Assembly (NCBI RefSeq): GCF_009914755.1
Contig: NC_060930.1
Length of the DNA stretch: 64,000 bases
Source of the DNA: the human T2T-CHM13v2.0 reference genome, Homo sapiens
Direction: 5' to 3' (one strand)
The position numbers and the translations under genes are program-made. The notes below the pieces were generated by a model. The model was not told where the DNA came from and ran no database searches. It worked only from the letters and a program-made list of their open reading frames with translations. Every line of letters starts with the position of its first letter. Within the stretch, counting starts at the first letter, position 1. Positions 29,676 through 47,550 of this stretch are shown here, piece after piece.

Positions 29676-32600
29676 TGGAAAAATACTTAAGTTTCTGAGC
29701 CATCCCTGAAAACCCCTGCTGCTTCTCATGGTGTATTTGCTTATGTCATTGACAGAGACACCCTATTAAATTTACATGAAGGCAACACTGATATTTTGTG
29801 CAGTGCAGGGATGTGTCAGCAGTGAAAAGAAATTGCCGGGTCATGGCATCATTTCTACTCAGTCATAGGTAACACGTACTTTCATTATCTGCTAACACTG
29901 AGGGTTCTTTTAGAAGACTGCCTGCAATAGACTTTTCATTTGGGGAACCTTCCTCCACCCCCACCTTCTATCTGGGATTTAGAGTTAGCATCAAGCTAAT
30001 TAATAGTTGGCAGAGGGTTAGGTCACTACATTTAAAAATCTTGGTTAAATTATAGGCAGAGCTTTTTTTTATTTTTATAGGCCAAATTATTTAAAATAAT
30101 CTAAAATACTCATTTATTTCCACTTTGATGACAGGATCTTTTGTTATTGTTGTTTGAATATTGATATTCACCTCAACAGATGACAGTGTTGAGATAAAGC
30201 AGGCAAATAGGAAGGATTAGCCACTGGCATTAGCGATTGTACAAACATTGTTTCAGGTGAGGTTCATTGTATATACCTAAATGATTGAGGGCAGCAGGCG
30301 CAGGCTGCTCCAAGCACAGGCTGTGTCAGGTTCGGGATTGTGTCCTCTCTCCCACTGCACACAAACACACACCAGCTCCCATCAGTCAAAATGCTGGAGT
30401 TGACTGAAGACATGAAAGGCTTCGAGGCCATATTTTAAGAAGCTGAAGATCAACTTGTAGTCCTTGACATCTCAGCGGCATGGTGAAAGCCTTGTAAATG
30501 ATCAAGCCGGCTTTTACTTTTGTCCCCTGTGTAAAAAGTATACTGATGTGTTGTTCATTGAAGTCACTGTGAATAACTTCAGGATGTTTCTTCACACTGT
30601 GATGTGAAATGCACACAACAATGTAGTTGCATAAAAAGGACAAAACTAATAGATCAACTATGTGTATATATACTGTAAAGAAAGGATTCTTTCTTCTGGA
30701 GTTCTCAATTAAATAGGTTGTGAGTTTGGTAAAATCCCGTGGAACCAGGATCTGCATCTGTTAACTATTAAAAAATACAACTTCTGATACATTTCACTCT
30801 ACTATACATCTGATACATTTCACTCTACTATAATGAGTAGACCATTTTAATTCAGAAATACAAACTCATTTTAAATAGGTCACATTTTAGAACAAACTTT
30901 TGAGATCCAAACCTATTCATAATTCAAACCCTTAAACTAAAACCTACTAAGGTGGTTAAGGAACTATTCAATATTACCTTGTGTCCTGAAAATGCAAATA
31001 ACTCGCCATTGCACAGCAAATTTTAAGATGTATACTCTGGTCAGAATAGAATAAAACAAATCCCAGACTCTATAAACTGACCCTGAGTTTTAAAAATTCA
31101 AATAAACTTTGATAAGGAAGACCCTAAGACAGTATTAAATCATAAAATATTTCTGAATTATTGTGTGTCAAGTTCAGTATAGTATCAATGTTAAATATAT
31201 TTTATTATATCACAGTTTTTTAAAACTGATAATCCAAATTAATATGTAAACATGTATATATGATGTGTTCTTATACATTAGTAAGACACTTATGTGTTCA
31301 ATTTCAGGGCTATACGTTTTTCTGTTATTTTGTTTACAGTACACTTAGAGGTAACTAATACTAGAGAGATTAAGATTACGTAAGCAGTCTCATGTTGACT
31401 ATTCCCAATACTCTTCAAGAAAATATTTCTTCAGATGTTTCATCTGTCTTTGGTAAAATTTTAGCACTCAACACTTGTACTTAGGAAGCTTTTACATGAA
31501 GATCCTTACATTGTAAAATTCCAGTTATTCTCATCACATGCAAATCTTTGCTTAGGATCCACTGTCCAAGGCTCTTTTCCTTTTATTTATGCCTACTTTC
31601 CACCCACTCCAAGAAAGGAAAGAACAAAGTCTGTGATTAATATACGATGTCCAGTTTACAATATGCGAGCATCTTGAAACAATTTTGATAGTTATGAGAG
31701 CCAAATGTATACAACATACATGTATTTTATGACTTTTAATTCAACAAAACTTGAACTAGATAATACCATTCGAGGATCACATCTACCACTGAAATCTGCA
31801 CCGGTGTTAGGAGACGTGACTACCCATGACAACAAAGACAAGCTGCGTTTCCCCTAAAAGGTATAAAGGCGGATTTTTATAATGAAGGTCATTTTTAAAA
31901 AATCCTTAATTATTATGGAGTTTAGAATCAAAATGCACTTAAAATTTTAAAGTAACAAAAGTTAATTTCTGTAAGACAAATTCAGAGAGAAAAAATCCTT
32001 TTACAAACTACATGTTGATGCTCTTACATGTTCTAAATTGTTATTAAAATTAATGTGAGCATTTTCTATAATGAAAGTACCTTAATAATGTGGCACCTTA
32101 ATAGTAAAACAGGTATATTTTTAACTGCTTATTCTATGAATTTAAACTGTACCTGCAAAGGAATAAAACAACTCCCAGAAAACATTGCAAATTTGGTGCT
32201 GTCACCCCAAGGTTGATGGATTGATTCAATTAAACAGTAAGTCTTTTCTAAGAGTCCTTCAGGGAGTTATTTACCAGAGGCATATCTTGTTTATTCCCTT
32301 CCATGAGCCTGTCATTTTTCTTCATTATTCTTCTGGTTTTACTTATTATATCATTTGGGGATATGCTGATCTTCACGTACAGAAGATTTTGCACACAGCT
32401 GTCCAGACATACATCTTTCAGACTTCAAACTGGAGGCCACCAGAACACCTGAGCCTCTTGTCACTGTTTACTCAAGCTGACCAAGATACTCTCAGGATGA
32501 AGTCAAATAGCTAGACTTACAAATTGTAAATCAATGGGAAAGTATCAAATTGAATGAAAGCTATGAAAAATTATTCTTAAAGGTAGTAACCTTGTGTTCC

Positions 32601-32845
32601 ACACGTCATGGAACTGGCTTCACCATAGACGACCTCCTAATCTCCAAAAGCAAGTAGGTAGGAGGAATAATAGATGGCTGAGAGGCCAGGACCCATGCTA
32701 ATAATTCATGGTAAAACAAAAACATATTCAGTGATTCTGTTGTTTTGGATACTGAAAGAGAAATAAATAATCTTAAACATGAAACATTTCTGTTTCTAAT
32801 GGACCGAATCACCTTGTCAGTTTAAGTTACAAAGAGTAAGGATTC

Positions 32846-33697
32846 CATCTCACACCTGTAGAATGGCTGTTATCAAAAAGACGAAATATAGGTGTTGGCA
32901 AGGATGCAGAGGAAATGGAACCCTTGTGCACTGTTGGTGGAAATGTAAATTACTACACTATTATGAAAAATGCTATAGAGTTCCTCTGAAAATCAAAAAT
33001 AGGACTAACGTATGATCCAGCAATCCCATTACTGAGTATATATCCAGAGGAAATGAAATCATCATGTCAAAGAGATATCTACACTCCCATGCTCATTGCA
33101 ACATTATTCACAATAGCCAAGATACAGAATCAACCAAAGTATCCATCAACGGATAAGTGGATCAAGAAAATGTGGTATGTATGTGTATATATATAAAATA
33201 TATGCCTGCAATGGAATACTATTCAAGCCTTACAAAAGAAGGAAATCCTGTCATTTGCAGCAATGTGGATGAGCCTAAAGGACATTATGTTAAATGAAAT
33301 AAACCAGACACAAAAAGATATAGACTGTATAATCTCACTTATATATGGAATCTAAAAGGGCTGAATTCATAGAAGCAGAGAGTAGAATGGTGGTTGCCAG
33401 AGTCTGAGGGTGGGGAGGATTACAGAGATACTGATCAAAGGATACAAAATTTCAGTTAGACAGGAGGAATAAGTTCAAGAGATCCTTGTACAACATGGTG
33501 ACTGTACTTATTAATAACAATGCATTGAATACTTAAAGATTCCTAAGAGAATAGATTTTAAGTGTTCTGACCACAAAAAAAGAGAAACATGAGGTAACAG
33601 ATATGTTAATTAGCTAGAATTAGCCATTCAACAATGTATACTTACATCAAAACATTATATTGTACACCATAAATACATACCATTTTTATTTTTTGTC
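32846..33697 (+). mobile_element. L1MA-type 3' portion
   Basis: ORF2 end and 3'UTR motifs (ttcacaatagccaagata, ttcagttagacaggaggaataagttcaagagatc). Direct repeat agtaaggattc at 32835-32845 and 33706-33716. Confidence 0.88.
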
Positions 33698-33763
33698 TAC
33701 AGAATAGTAAGGATTCAAGAAGAAATTGTCTGGAGAGGAGCCTCTTTACTAAATCTTGCTGTC

Positions 33764-35807
<2,044 letters not shown>

Positions 35808-37710
35808 CCTGCTAGAGGAGTCAAAAGTAAAAACTTCTTTCCACCCCTGCTGCCACTTCACCCTTACGTCCCATTTGTTACTGAAATAAATTGAATTAAG
35901 ACTTATTTTACTTATTAGTAAAAATAGTCTCAGGATGCTTTTTATAAGAATGATGAATGATTGTGTTTCCAAAGTATTACATGGATAACAAGGCTGGTGA
36001 GTAGTTTTGAACCATCTACTACAGAATTGAATTGTCTGGTTACATGATAAAAACATGTAATCGAGACTAGCCTGGCTAACATGATAAAAACATAATATCT
36101 TCAACACGATAGAAGTGTAATAAAAACATGAAGTCATGTTTTTATTGCACTTCTATTAAAGAGAGATGTTTCGTTTGGCTAACTGAAATCCATTATAGTG
36201 CATGGGCACTAACATTCATGATTATGATTCAACTAAGGGATTCTGAGAATGTAAATTCAAGAAGAAAAATTTTAAATAACAGCAAGTGCTGCTTTTTAGC
36301 TAAAATTATAAAATAGGAATGGAGGTTAATGATAGTGTAAGTTCAATTATTTAATATAAGATGGATTTATTGTTAATATGCATGTAGAAGCTAAAAATAT
36401 ACCCAATTATAATGCATCTTGAATTGAGACATTCCATGTCAAAAGAGTAAATTGAAATGACTATATTTTATGTAATTAAAGATTGTATTTTCTTTATCTA
36501 TATTTTCTATATGGGCATATATTGGAAGCACTGGAATACTAAAGTTTCCTTTACTTTTTTTTTCTTTTTTTTAACATTCTGCAATGTAAGATAATATTAA
36601 GTATACAATAAGTGACACAATATTCTACGTGGTCACAGCACCTAAGCAGTAGACCCAAATTTCAAACCAAGTTGTTCTATTCATAAAGCCCACAATTCTA
36701 ACCTCTGATAAAAAAAAATCTCCAGAGAGCAGTATGCAGATGTAAGTAGCTATGTTTTTTCTTTGATATCAGAGAAGGCTTATCTCTCTGATTACAGTCA
36801 ATCTTATTCACTCACAGAATGAATTGTTCCCACCCTATTCAAGGAACTTCCTTCCTTCAACCCACCTCACACACTCCCACTTTCCACAAATACATTTAAT
36901 TCAGACATGAAATGGGATTTCTTGACAACAAAGCCTCATTAGGAAGAGAGTGGATTTCAGGAGAAGATGCTGGAATTATCCCTCTCGTGGCTTATCTCTG
37001 GTCCTATCATGACCACAGGATGTTCACCAACATGCTTTCCCAGTCTGTGCAGGGAGAAATAAAAGCTCAGTAAACTTTGACAAATTTGGTCAACTCTCAA
37101 GGGAAACAAGGTGTTTATGACAGATTGTGTCTATAAGATCTTTTCTCTATGATTCCCATTTTGGTTGTGCTTGACATTTAAAATGAAAACTAACAGAGCA
37201 GTGCTGAGCAGAAACAGAAAGGAACAGTGATGGGCAGTAAACCAGGCCTTGCTTAGTATTTGGTGTCAGTGCCATGCATTCTTACCAGCAGCATTCAGTG
37301 TCACCACAAAAAGTGACATCTTCCTGAGGAACTGTTTACATTAGAAGACTAAAGAAAAGCTAAAACTTCCAGTTCTCCAACATATGTGGCAGTGTAATGG
37401 TATTCCCTCATTGTAGCCTCATTAAACACCTTTTGGTAATTTCTCTTTCACAAATAGTGAATATTAAAATGAAAAACCAGGCATCAGAACAAAAAGAAAA
37501 AAGAAAAAAAAGTATTTCCTAAAACAATAATTAAAGTTTCTTACATTTGATCCATAAAAGTCAACAGCTTTTTATGTATATTATTGATTATTAGTAGTGT
37601 GGTCGCAAATTCAGTCTTTCTTTGGTTGACAATTTCTATTTGTATTTAAAGAAAGGGAAACCTACAACAGCTGATATGACCCTTAAATTGTAATTCTAGA
37701 TTAAAATCAC

Positions 37711-38254
37711 TGTTAGTTTTCTATTGGTGCTATGACAAATTATCACAACTGAGTGGTTTAAAACAACACAAATAAATACAGGTGACTGGCAGGCAGAATA
37801 ATGACCCAAAGATGTGTATGTCTTAATCCTGAAACATACAAATGTGTTACCTTATATAGCAAAAGGGATTTTTGTAGTCACTTTTGCAGATGTGATTAAT
37901 TTAAAGATTTTGAAATAGGTAGATTATGCTAGATTAGCCAATGTAATTACAAAGGTCCTTTTAAGAGGGAAGCAGAAGGACCAGAGTCAGAAAAGGAGAT
38001 GTGACAAAGGAAGCACAGGTCAGAGTGTCAAAATGACTTAAGGATGCAATGCTGCTGGGTTTGAAGAGGGAGGAAAGGGCCACGAGATAAGGAATGCAGA
38101 CATCCTCTAAAAGCCAGAAAAGGCAAAGAAAAGGAAGGAAGATGTCAACAGGACTGTGTTCCTTCTGGAGGACACATGTTGACATCTGACATCTTCATTC
38201 AAGCCCAGTGAAACCCATTTTGGACTTTTGATCTTTGGAACAATAAGATAAATT
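37711..38254. mobile_element. MLT1D-like LTR in two oppositely oriented pieces
   Basis: The 3' end lies on the minus strand (37711-37773) and the 5' part on the plus strand (37787-38254, tggcaggcagaataatg...cccattttggactt..taagataaatt). Confidence 0.8.
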
Positions 38255-38481
38255 AATGAGAACACATGGACACAGGAAGGGGAACATCACACTCTGGGGA
38301 CTGTTGTGGGGTAGGGGGAGGGGGGAGGGATAGCATTGGGAGATATACCTAATGCTAGGTGACGAGTTAGTGGGTGCAGTGCACCAGCATGGCACATGTA
38401 TACATATGTAACTAACTTGCACATTGTGCACATGTACCCTAAAACTTAAAGTATAATAATAATAAATAAAATAAAATAAAA
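38255..38481 (+). mobile_element. L1PA 3'UTR stub (~230 bp) with A-rich tail, no TSD
   Basis: aatgagaacacatggacacaggaagggg...taaaacttaaagtataataat, with the older GAG diagnostic. Confidence 0.95.
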
Positions 38482-38600
38482 GCCTTATCTTACAAAAAAA
38501 ACCCAAAGCCTTCAATTCACCTAATATTTTTCAATAGAAAATTAGATAAATTATGGTATGTAACAGAATATATTTTGCATCTATTAAAAACAATGAGGTA

Positions 38601-38910
38601 GGCTGGGTGCAGTGGCTCATGCCTGTAATCCCAGCACTTTGAGAGGCCGAGGCAGGTGGATCACTTCAGCCCAGGAGTTCGAGACAAGTTTGGCCAACAT
38701 GATGAAACCCTGTCTCTACTAAAACTACAAAAATTAGCTGGGCGTGATGACATGCGCCTGTAATCCCAGCTACTCAGGCAGCTGAGACACAAGAATCACT
38801 TCAATCTGGGAGACAGAGGTTGCAGTGAGCTGAGATCGTGCCACTGCACTCCAGGCTAGGCAACAGAGTGAGACCCCCGTGTCAAAAAATAAATAAATAA
38901 AAATAAAAAT
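38601..38910 (+). mobile_element. Alu (S/J)
   Basis: Full dimer with an A-rich tail. Confidence 0.93.
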
Positions 38911-40278
38911 AGGCCTAGATAAACTAGCAAATGAACAAAAGCAAAGTGCAATACGTTTAGTTTCACTTCTGTATGTTTTTAAGAACACACAAAGAACTAT
39001 GTACATACACTATTCTACACATCAATGTTCTTTTCTCCAAGGAGAAATGTATGGGGAGGATGACTTTTATTTGCCATTTTATAAATTTCTGTAGTATTTT
39101 TAATATGTGCATGTAATATTTTTATTTAATGAACACTTAAATGTGAATTTATGTTGTGCTTTTTTGGAAAGTGTTCAATGGCATATCCCATATTTTCCTA
39201 AGCGATTGTGAACCCAAATGAATGGGTAATATAATATAGGAAACTCCATAAAAATGTTATGAATTGATAGATAGCAGCTAATTCATTCTAAAGACTTTCT
39301 TTTCTTTTTTCTTTTACTCACAGACACTCTTTAGAAGTGATGTATTAGAAATGAGTTGGATTTTATGAATCATTAGCAACAGTGGGATGCAGTGGAAATA
39401 ATAGTGGCCTGAGAGTCTCATCATGTCTCTTCCACTTGGATACCTTCAGCCTAATACTCAGCAATCTCCTGTATTAAAAAAAAAAAGCGACTAGTTCATC
39501 TTTAAGAATCTGTCTTTTCTTAGAATTTCAGAATTCTAACATATTGATAGGAAGCAGAGGATTTGATCCTAATTTTAGTAGTCCTGTGAACCCTTTTGAG
39601 ATTTTTAGGATCTTACATATTATATATTATAATTGAGAATGCTGATCCTCAGAAAAGGCATCTTATACCAAGGTGTGGGCTAGTTCCTGAGAACTGAGGT
39701 TTCTGTAACAAGAGCTTTTTAGTGGGAACTTCCAGTTTTGTTTTGTTTTTTTAATTTCCAAAATATGAAAAATGTACATTTGTCTATGATAATTCAGATC
39801 TTATTAAGATGGCCAAGGTTTTTCATAAGCAAAATCTATTCTGACGCCATCTACCCAAACAGATCCCTAACAATATTCACTGCAGAGAAATTCATTCTTG
39901 TGTCTACTCTAAGTGCACTTTTCAGAAATTTAATGTTATTGACATTTACTTTATTTTCAGTGAAGACAGAATAGCTGCTTATCACTCCAAAAATGGTAAT
40001 AAACACTTCTTTTAAAAATATCTGCCATATGGGTTTGTATTTGTTTCTTGTTATTTCAAAATAACCCCAATCATTGATATATCAGAAGGGGAAGCATTTA
40101 CATCTAGAAACAAGGCAAAGAAAACCATATGTGCTTCCACAATGGAGCACTCAGAAAAGTGAAAACATAGTACTGATAGATGCAGATGCTGTGTATGAGT
40201 CATGGGCAACAGGAAAGACAGCAACCACTCTGTCTTCATCAATAAGAGGACATTGATAACCAAGGGTCTCTGGAGAGT

Positions 40279-40284
<6 letters not shown>

Positions 40285-40319
<35 letters not shown>
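40285..40319. repeat. (AC)n microsatellite, about 17 units
   Basis: Directly visible. Confidence 0.97.
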
Positions 40320-40324
<5 letters not shown>

Positions 40325-42291
40325 TCATTCATATCTGCAAATTGTAACGAAGATTGTACTTAAACATTATGTATGATTTTTTAAAAATTTATGATATGTA
40401 TTTTTCTCTAACTTTGGTAACTGTTGAGTGCAAATCTTATAAAGACAAGCTCTGAAATACATCATCATTTATTCGTAAATTTCTCATTGCATAAATAAAT
40501 GCCCACTTTTCAGAAACAATTTTTGCTGGAATAGTCTCATATTGTCCACCAGACATTTCACTTATAAATATCCACTAACCCATGTATGTGCCGTGGAACA
40601 GATCTCAAATTTTCCAATTGAGATTATCAATGAATTTGAATATATCTTGTCTTTCACAGCTGTATTAATCAACTCAATTTGTGGAGGATCCACTGTGTAC
40701 TATAAACTCTGATGGAATACAAATATATTTTAAGACTGGGATTTCTGCCTCACTGAACATAAAGAATTAATAACACATGGTAAGTGTGCAGTGAGTTCTA
40801 TAGATATGAATGCTGATTATAACCACTTATGGCTAAAAACAGTCTAATTTCAGTGGTTTATTTCTTATGCATGTTAATGAGATTTCCCTAAGCAAATGAC
40901 AGTGAATATGGTCTTAGTAAGGAAAAATAAAATGCCTCTGATGATTGGCATTTATATTATAAAAAGCTTACAAATTCTTAATAATCCAGTATTCTTAAGT
41001 AGCAGAAAGAACAAAGTAATCAACAGATTATGTAAAACCCATTTTGCGCTGATTGTTTCTTCTATGCCACCTTTTCTCTATCTTCTAAGAAAGAGACAGA
41101 GAGATAAAAATAATTTGCAATTATGCAAAGGTTTTCTATCTTTTTGTACTGTATTGTATTACTCTCAAAATAGTTGAAGAAATCAGAAGGCCCTATCCTA
41201 GTTCAATCAGAATCATGCCAGAAGGCTTGCCCTAAGCATGTGTTAACTAACTAGTCCTAGGGGAACTAGACCAATGTAGGATCAAAAATAAAAATGAAAC
41301 GTTTCCTTTTTCAAGCAATGGGAAAAATGCCTTAGTTTTCATGTATTTTTCACCCTTGAAAGATGAAACTCTGAAAGGCTAAATGGAATGTTTGTCTTCA
41401 GGTAGTAAAAGCCATAACTTCAAATTGGTGCTACCACAATTAGACCTGGGTGGAAGCTAGCAGATCTACAATTATGCCTGGATCTTGAATAAAGTGTGTT
41501 TTTCACAACTAAGCACAATTTTATTCTCGTTTCAATTATTTCAGGCATATCACCTCTGATAGTTGTTACGTGAATTCGAAGACTTCATACATAAAACTAT
41601 TTCTCTCCCATACTTCATATTTCTTAGGGCATACTGGTTGAGTGTAATCTTCTTTCTCAACATTAACATTCTTGTACCTTCCTTCATCCTTATTTTAAAA
41701 CCTCAAATCACTTGATGTGCACATCTATTAGACTTTACCATCCACCACCCATCCTTGTTGCTATGATCTTCTGTCTCCTAGTCCTTCTCTCCCTTTTACT
41801 GTTGACTTCAGCGTCTTTCTTAAGCCCAACTCTACCCTACTGAAGGCTTTGGTATCCATGTAGAGATCCTTTGACTACCCTGGTTCCTTTTTCATTTACT
41901 TAAGAAGCCTTCAGTGTCCCTGTTTGGCACTACCAAGGTCGTGTCATGCTTTGGCTGATTACCTTGGGATCCAGCACCTCTTGGTCTCTGATGCCCAGTC
42001 TGATAATGTACTGTGCCATCCTCCTGCCAAGGGTCCATTGCACTTCAACCTAACCTCCATTTCCTGTGTTCTATCTGGATCCCTTCAGATTCCACTTCCC
42101 TAAACTGATCTTCTTTTTGTCTCTACCCAGCTACTTTCTGCAACATACTCTGACCCCTTCATTCTTTGCTGAAAAAAATTTATGATGTATATCTCTGTAC
42201 AGGGTTAGGGACAGAATAACTGTGGGGTATCACAGAACATACACTGGAAAAATAAGATCACTCATTAACAAGCTGTGTGATCATAGGTAAG

Positions 42292-42662
42292 TGATATGGT
42301 TTAGCTGTGTCCCCACCCAAATCTTATGTTGAATTGCAGTTCCCATAATCCCCACGTGTCATGGGAGGGACCTTGTAGGAGGTAGTTGAATCATGGGGAT
42401 GGTTACCCTCATGCTGTTCTCGTGATAGTGAGTTCTCCTGAGATCTGATGGTTTTATAAGGGGCTTTCCCCCTTTTGCTTGCCACTTCTCCTTGCTGCCA
42501 CCATGTGAAGAAGGATGTGTTTGCCTTCCCTTCCAGCATGATTGTAAGTTTTCTGAGGCCTCCCCAGCCATGCTGAACTGTGAGTCAATTAAACCTCTTT
42601 ACATTATAAATTACCCAGTCTCAGGTATGTCTTTATTAGTAGCATGAAAACAGACTAATACA
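42292..42662 (+). mobile_element. THE1C-like solo LTR inserted in a MIR
   Basis: TGATATGGTTT...GACTAATACA termini, with ggttaccctcatgctgttctc and atgtgaagaagga motifs. Confidence 0.9.
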
Positions 42663-44019
42663 GTATTTGAATCATTTTCTTACTCTTTGTGTCATGTTCC
42701 ATATTTATAAAATAAGAAAATAGATAATTACATTACCTTTCATGTTGCATTAAGCTCTGACATAAATTATTGATACCAAAGTTTAAGAGGAGAATCAAGC
42801 TACATCTTTACAATCTATAGCTCAAAGAAGAAAACATATAAAAATACATTTATGTATAGAAATAAAAGGGTGTGATTTTTGTGGGAAGTGTTTATACAAG
42901 TACAGATATGACCAGGGCAAAGGGTCAGTCAGCATTAGGTGAATGTTATCAGTGATGCTTTCTTGGAGAAAGTAAATTCGATGAAAGTGTTAGCTATGGA
43001 TTGGCAGAGGTGCTGTGAAAACAAAGGTTTTTCGATCAATCCAATCACTTCCTAACTTCATGACAGAATGAAGCTTGCCCAGAAGACCCTATTACGTCAA
43101 TAGTTTCGTAGAGGTTAAAATCAACTCCAACAATTATACAATTATACAAACTATGTGCAGAAGTTATAGAAACATAAAATTGGAATCACCAAAAAAATAC
43201 CATATTTCTTGTGCCCCTATTCCATTTCCTCCCTCAGGCTTATAATCATGGAAGATACCAGATAATTTAAAAAGTCATCTCTGAGGATAAGATTAGAACT
43301 TCCTGCCAGGTAGGAGTATACTGTCTCCAGGGGGATAAAAATTAAATTACAAGAAACAATTTCAAAACAGCTCAAGAATGCATATAAATAATTACCAAGT
43401 TGAAGTTCTGTAAATTTTTCTAGAGTTGTAGAAGGAAAGAGTAATTAATTTAAGAGCTTTTTTGCTAATTCACTGCTTAAAATATTAAGAGGAATTAGCT
43501 TTGAAGATCAGTTACCTGTCTCCTTGGGGTAGAGACCACTCACCACTAAACTGCACACATTCTTCTCCTCAAGCCTTGGGAAAGTCCTGACAGCAATCAG
43601 ACCCCTTTCTACACATCCAAACAGAAGATATAGCCCCACACAGAGCAAGGTAGTCACACCATTTCCACTCACTCTATTCTCAGGCTACCTCCTAGATATA
43701 GTCATGACCAGCCTCTGCTCCATCTCAGAAACATCAGACTTCATTTGTTCACTCTCTGACCACACTCTCTTGTTATTGCTGTCCTCTCACACCCCAAGCC
43801 CACGTCCAAGCCTTTGACCTCAAAGAGATGTCTGGTCTACTCATCTTTTTATTTTCTTCCAGTCTATCAATTCCTGTTGGTCTCTCTTAATTTTTTAGAT
43901 CATTGGTTTCCAGAATATTCCCAGCACCTTGAATTATTTAGCATGCCTAGCTCCCACTTACTCTCAGGGAGCAATGCCTTTTTTGTACTTCTTTATCTCA
44001 AATGCTGCTGAAGGTTTTA

Positions 44020-45914
<1,895 letters not shown>

Positions 45915-46559
45915 CCAGGTCTTGCCAATTTGTGCCAATAAAATTCACAGTATATAATCTCAGATAAGTCCGTAATACCCCATCAATTGTTTTAATTGAA
46001 TGCTCATCTCATTCTTGCATTTACCTGGCCATGAGAGTGTAGGTAGTTGAAGTAGAATGGGGTGGAGAGGGAAGTCATTGGAGGTGAGGTAATCAAAAAA
46101 CTAAGTGCCAGGTTATTTGATGGGTACTCACATGGGAGTTTAAATTACTGAAGATGACCTGAGGACTCTGTGTTCAGGGAGATTATGAACCAGAGGCCAG
46201 TAATTGAGCTGGATGATCAGTGATGAGGAAGAGCTGATATGAGCCTAACAGATTAGTGTAAAACTGGAGTTGAGGTTGGTGAAGTTTAGGTCTGTGAAGC
46301 TACACTTCCTGGAAAATGAGAAGAGCCTTTAACCACATCCCAGCCTGAGGTGAAAGTGATGTAGGAGAATAATCAACATCCCCTAAAAGGCAAAAGACCA
46401 ATAGGAGACCTGGCACCCAGCTCCCAGTCTCTCTCCTGACTTTCCCTTCTTCCTGACCTCATCTTTGATAGCTTTTCCATGTGAGCAGTCAATCCAACTG
46501 TCTGGCCTTATGGTTCCCTGATTGCCTCATTTTTAGGGGCCTTCCCCACATGTCTCTTT

Positions 46560-47030
46560 AGCTGTCTAGCCCATGGTAAATTCTGGAATATATCTGCACT
46601 GAACGCTGTGGTTCACCATCCAGATTTCTTTTTTTAGGACAGAGACATTTATTCCTCCAGCTCCTGAGAGCATTGGTGGCTGACCGCTTTCTACTAAGAC
46701 CTCCCCTGGGACATCTCCTTGGATGTCCTAACCCAAGGTCACACCACCTTCCCATCACCAAAGCCCACACTTCATGACTGCCCTATGTGGGGGCATAAGA
46801 GCACAGCCCTCTTGCCTCAATATTGAAGGAAAATCCTAACCCCAAAGCTCCTTGTAGAATCAACTGAGGCTTTTGTTTTGATTCCTTCACAGTTCAACTT
46901 CTCTCTCTGTCCAATCATACTTCCTTCACTCTCCCATGATTGTTAATTCCCAGAGCTCTCCCTGGTATATTTCCTGTATTCTGATCTGTTTCTCAGATGC
47001 TGATCCCCAGGGAAAATGACCTCTGATGAT
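46560..47030 (+). mobile_element. LTR16-like ERVL LTR (left boundary uncertain)
   Basis: cacagttcaacttctctctctgtccaatc..cttccttcactc..tctcagatgctgatccccagggaa. Confidence 0.5.
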
Positions 47031-47550
47031 ATCAATAACTAAATCTGTTGCATATCTGAAATGTCATTTTAGTCAGACCCCTCTCTGACTACAGATCTCT
47101 GTCTTCAGCCCCCTCACTCTGATATTCACCTGGCACTTTTTTGTTGACTACATAAATCATCAGTTTCTTGGCTTCTCTACATCCTCCTTGCCTGTCATTC
47201 TTTTCCTGTCTTCATTGCCTTTCTTATCTTTCTTATTCAAGTGGAATTCCAAGGTGCAGAATTCTAACTCTTCTTTTGCAAATATCTGAAATCCACTTTG
47301 TACCGTTTTCCGCTAAATCTATGAAAGATTTAACTATGTAACTTCTCTAGACTTATACCACAGCAACTGAAAGAACTACTGTAAAAATCCATTTCCATTA
47401 TCTTCAATTGCACTGAGCTCTCAATGACTCTTCTTTGTTTTAACTAGCTTATTCTCTCATTCTCCACAGTAACTTATTTCAAATACACTGCAAGAGTCTC
47501 AAAACCTTCTACCTAGCTAATCCTTTCTCACTCTCAGCAAATGGCCGTTT

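Larger units (their letters stand above)
27282..29692 (+). other. NKAIN2: NKAIN2 3'UTR (end approximate)
   Basis: Follows the stop codon, lacks recognisable interspersed repeats, is U-rich, and ends ~15-20 nt after AATAAA at 29670. Confidence 0.8.

Noticed and set aside
30290-30490. GC-richer patch just past the poly(A) site as an enhancer or ncRNA
   Set aside because: No motif or structure I can support from sequence alone.
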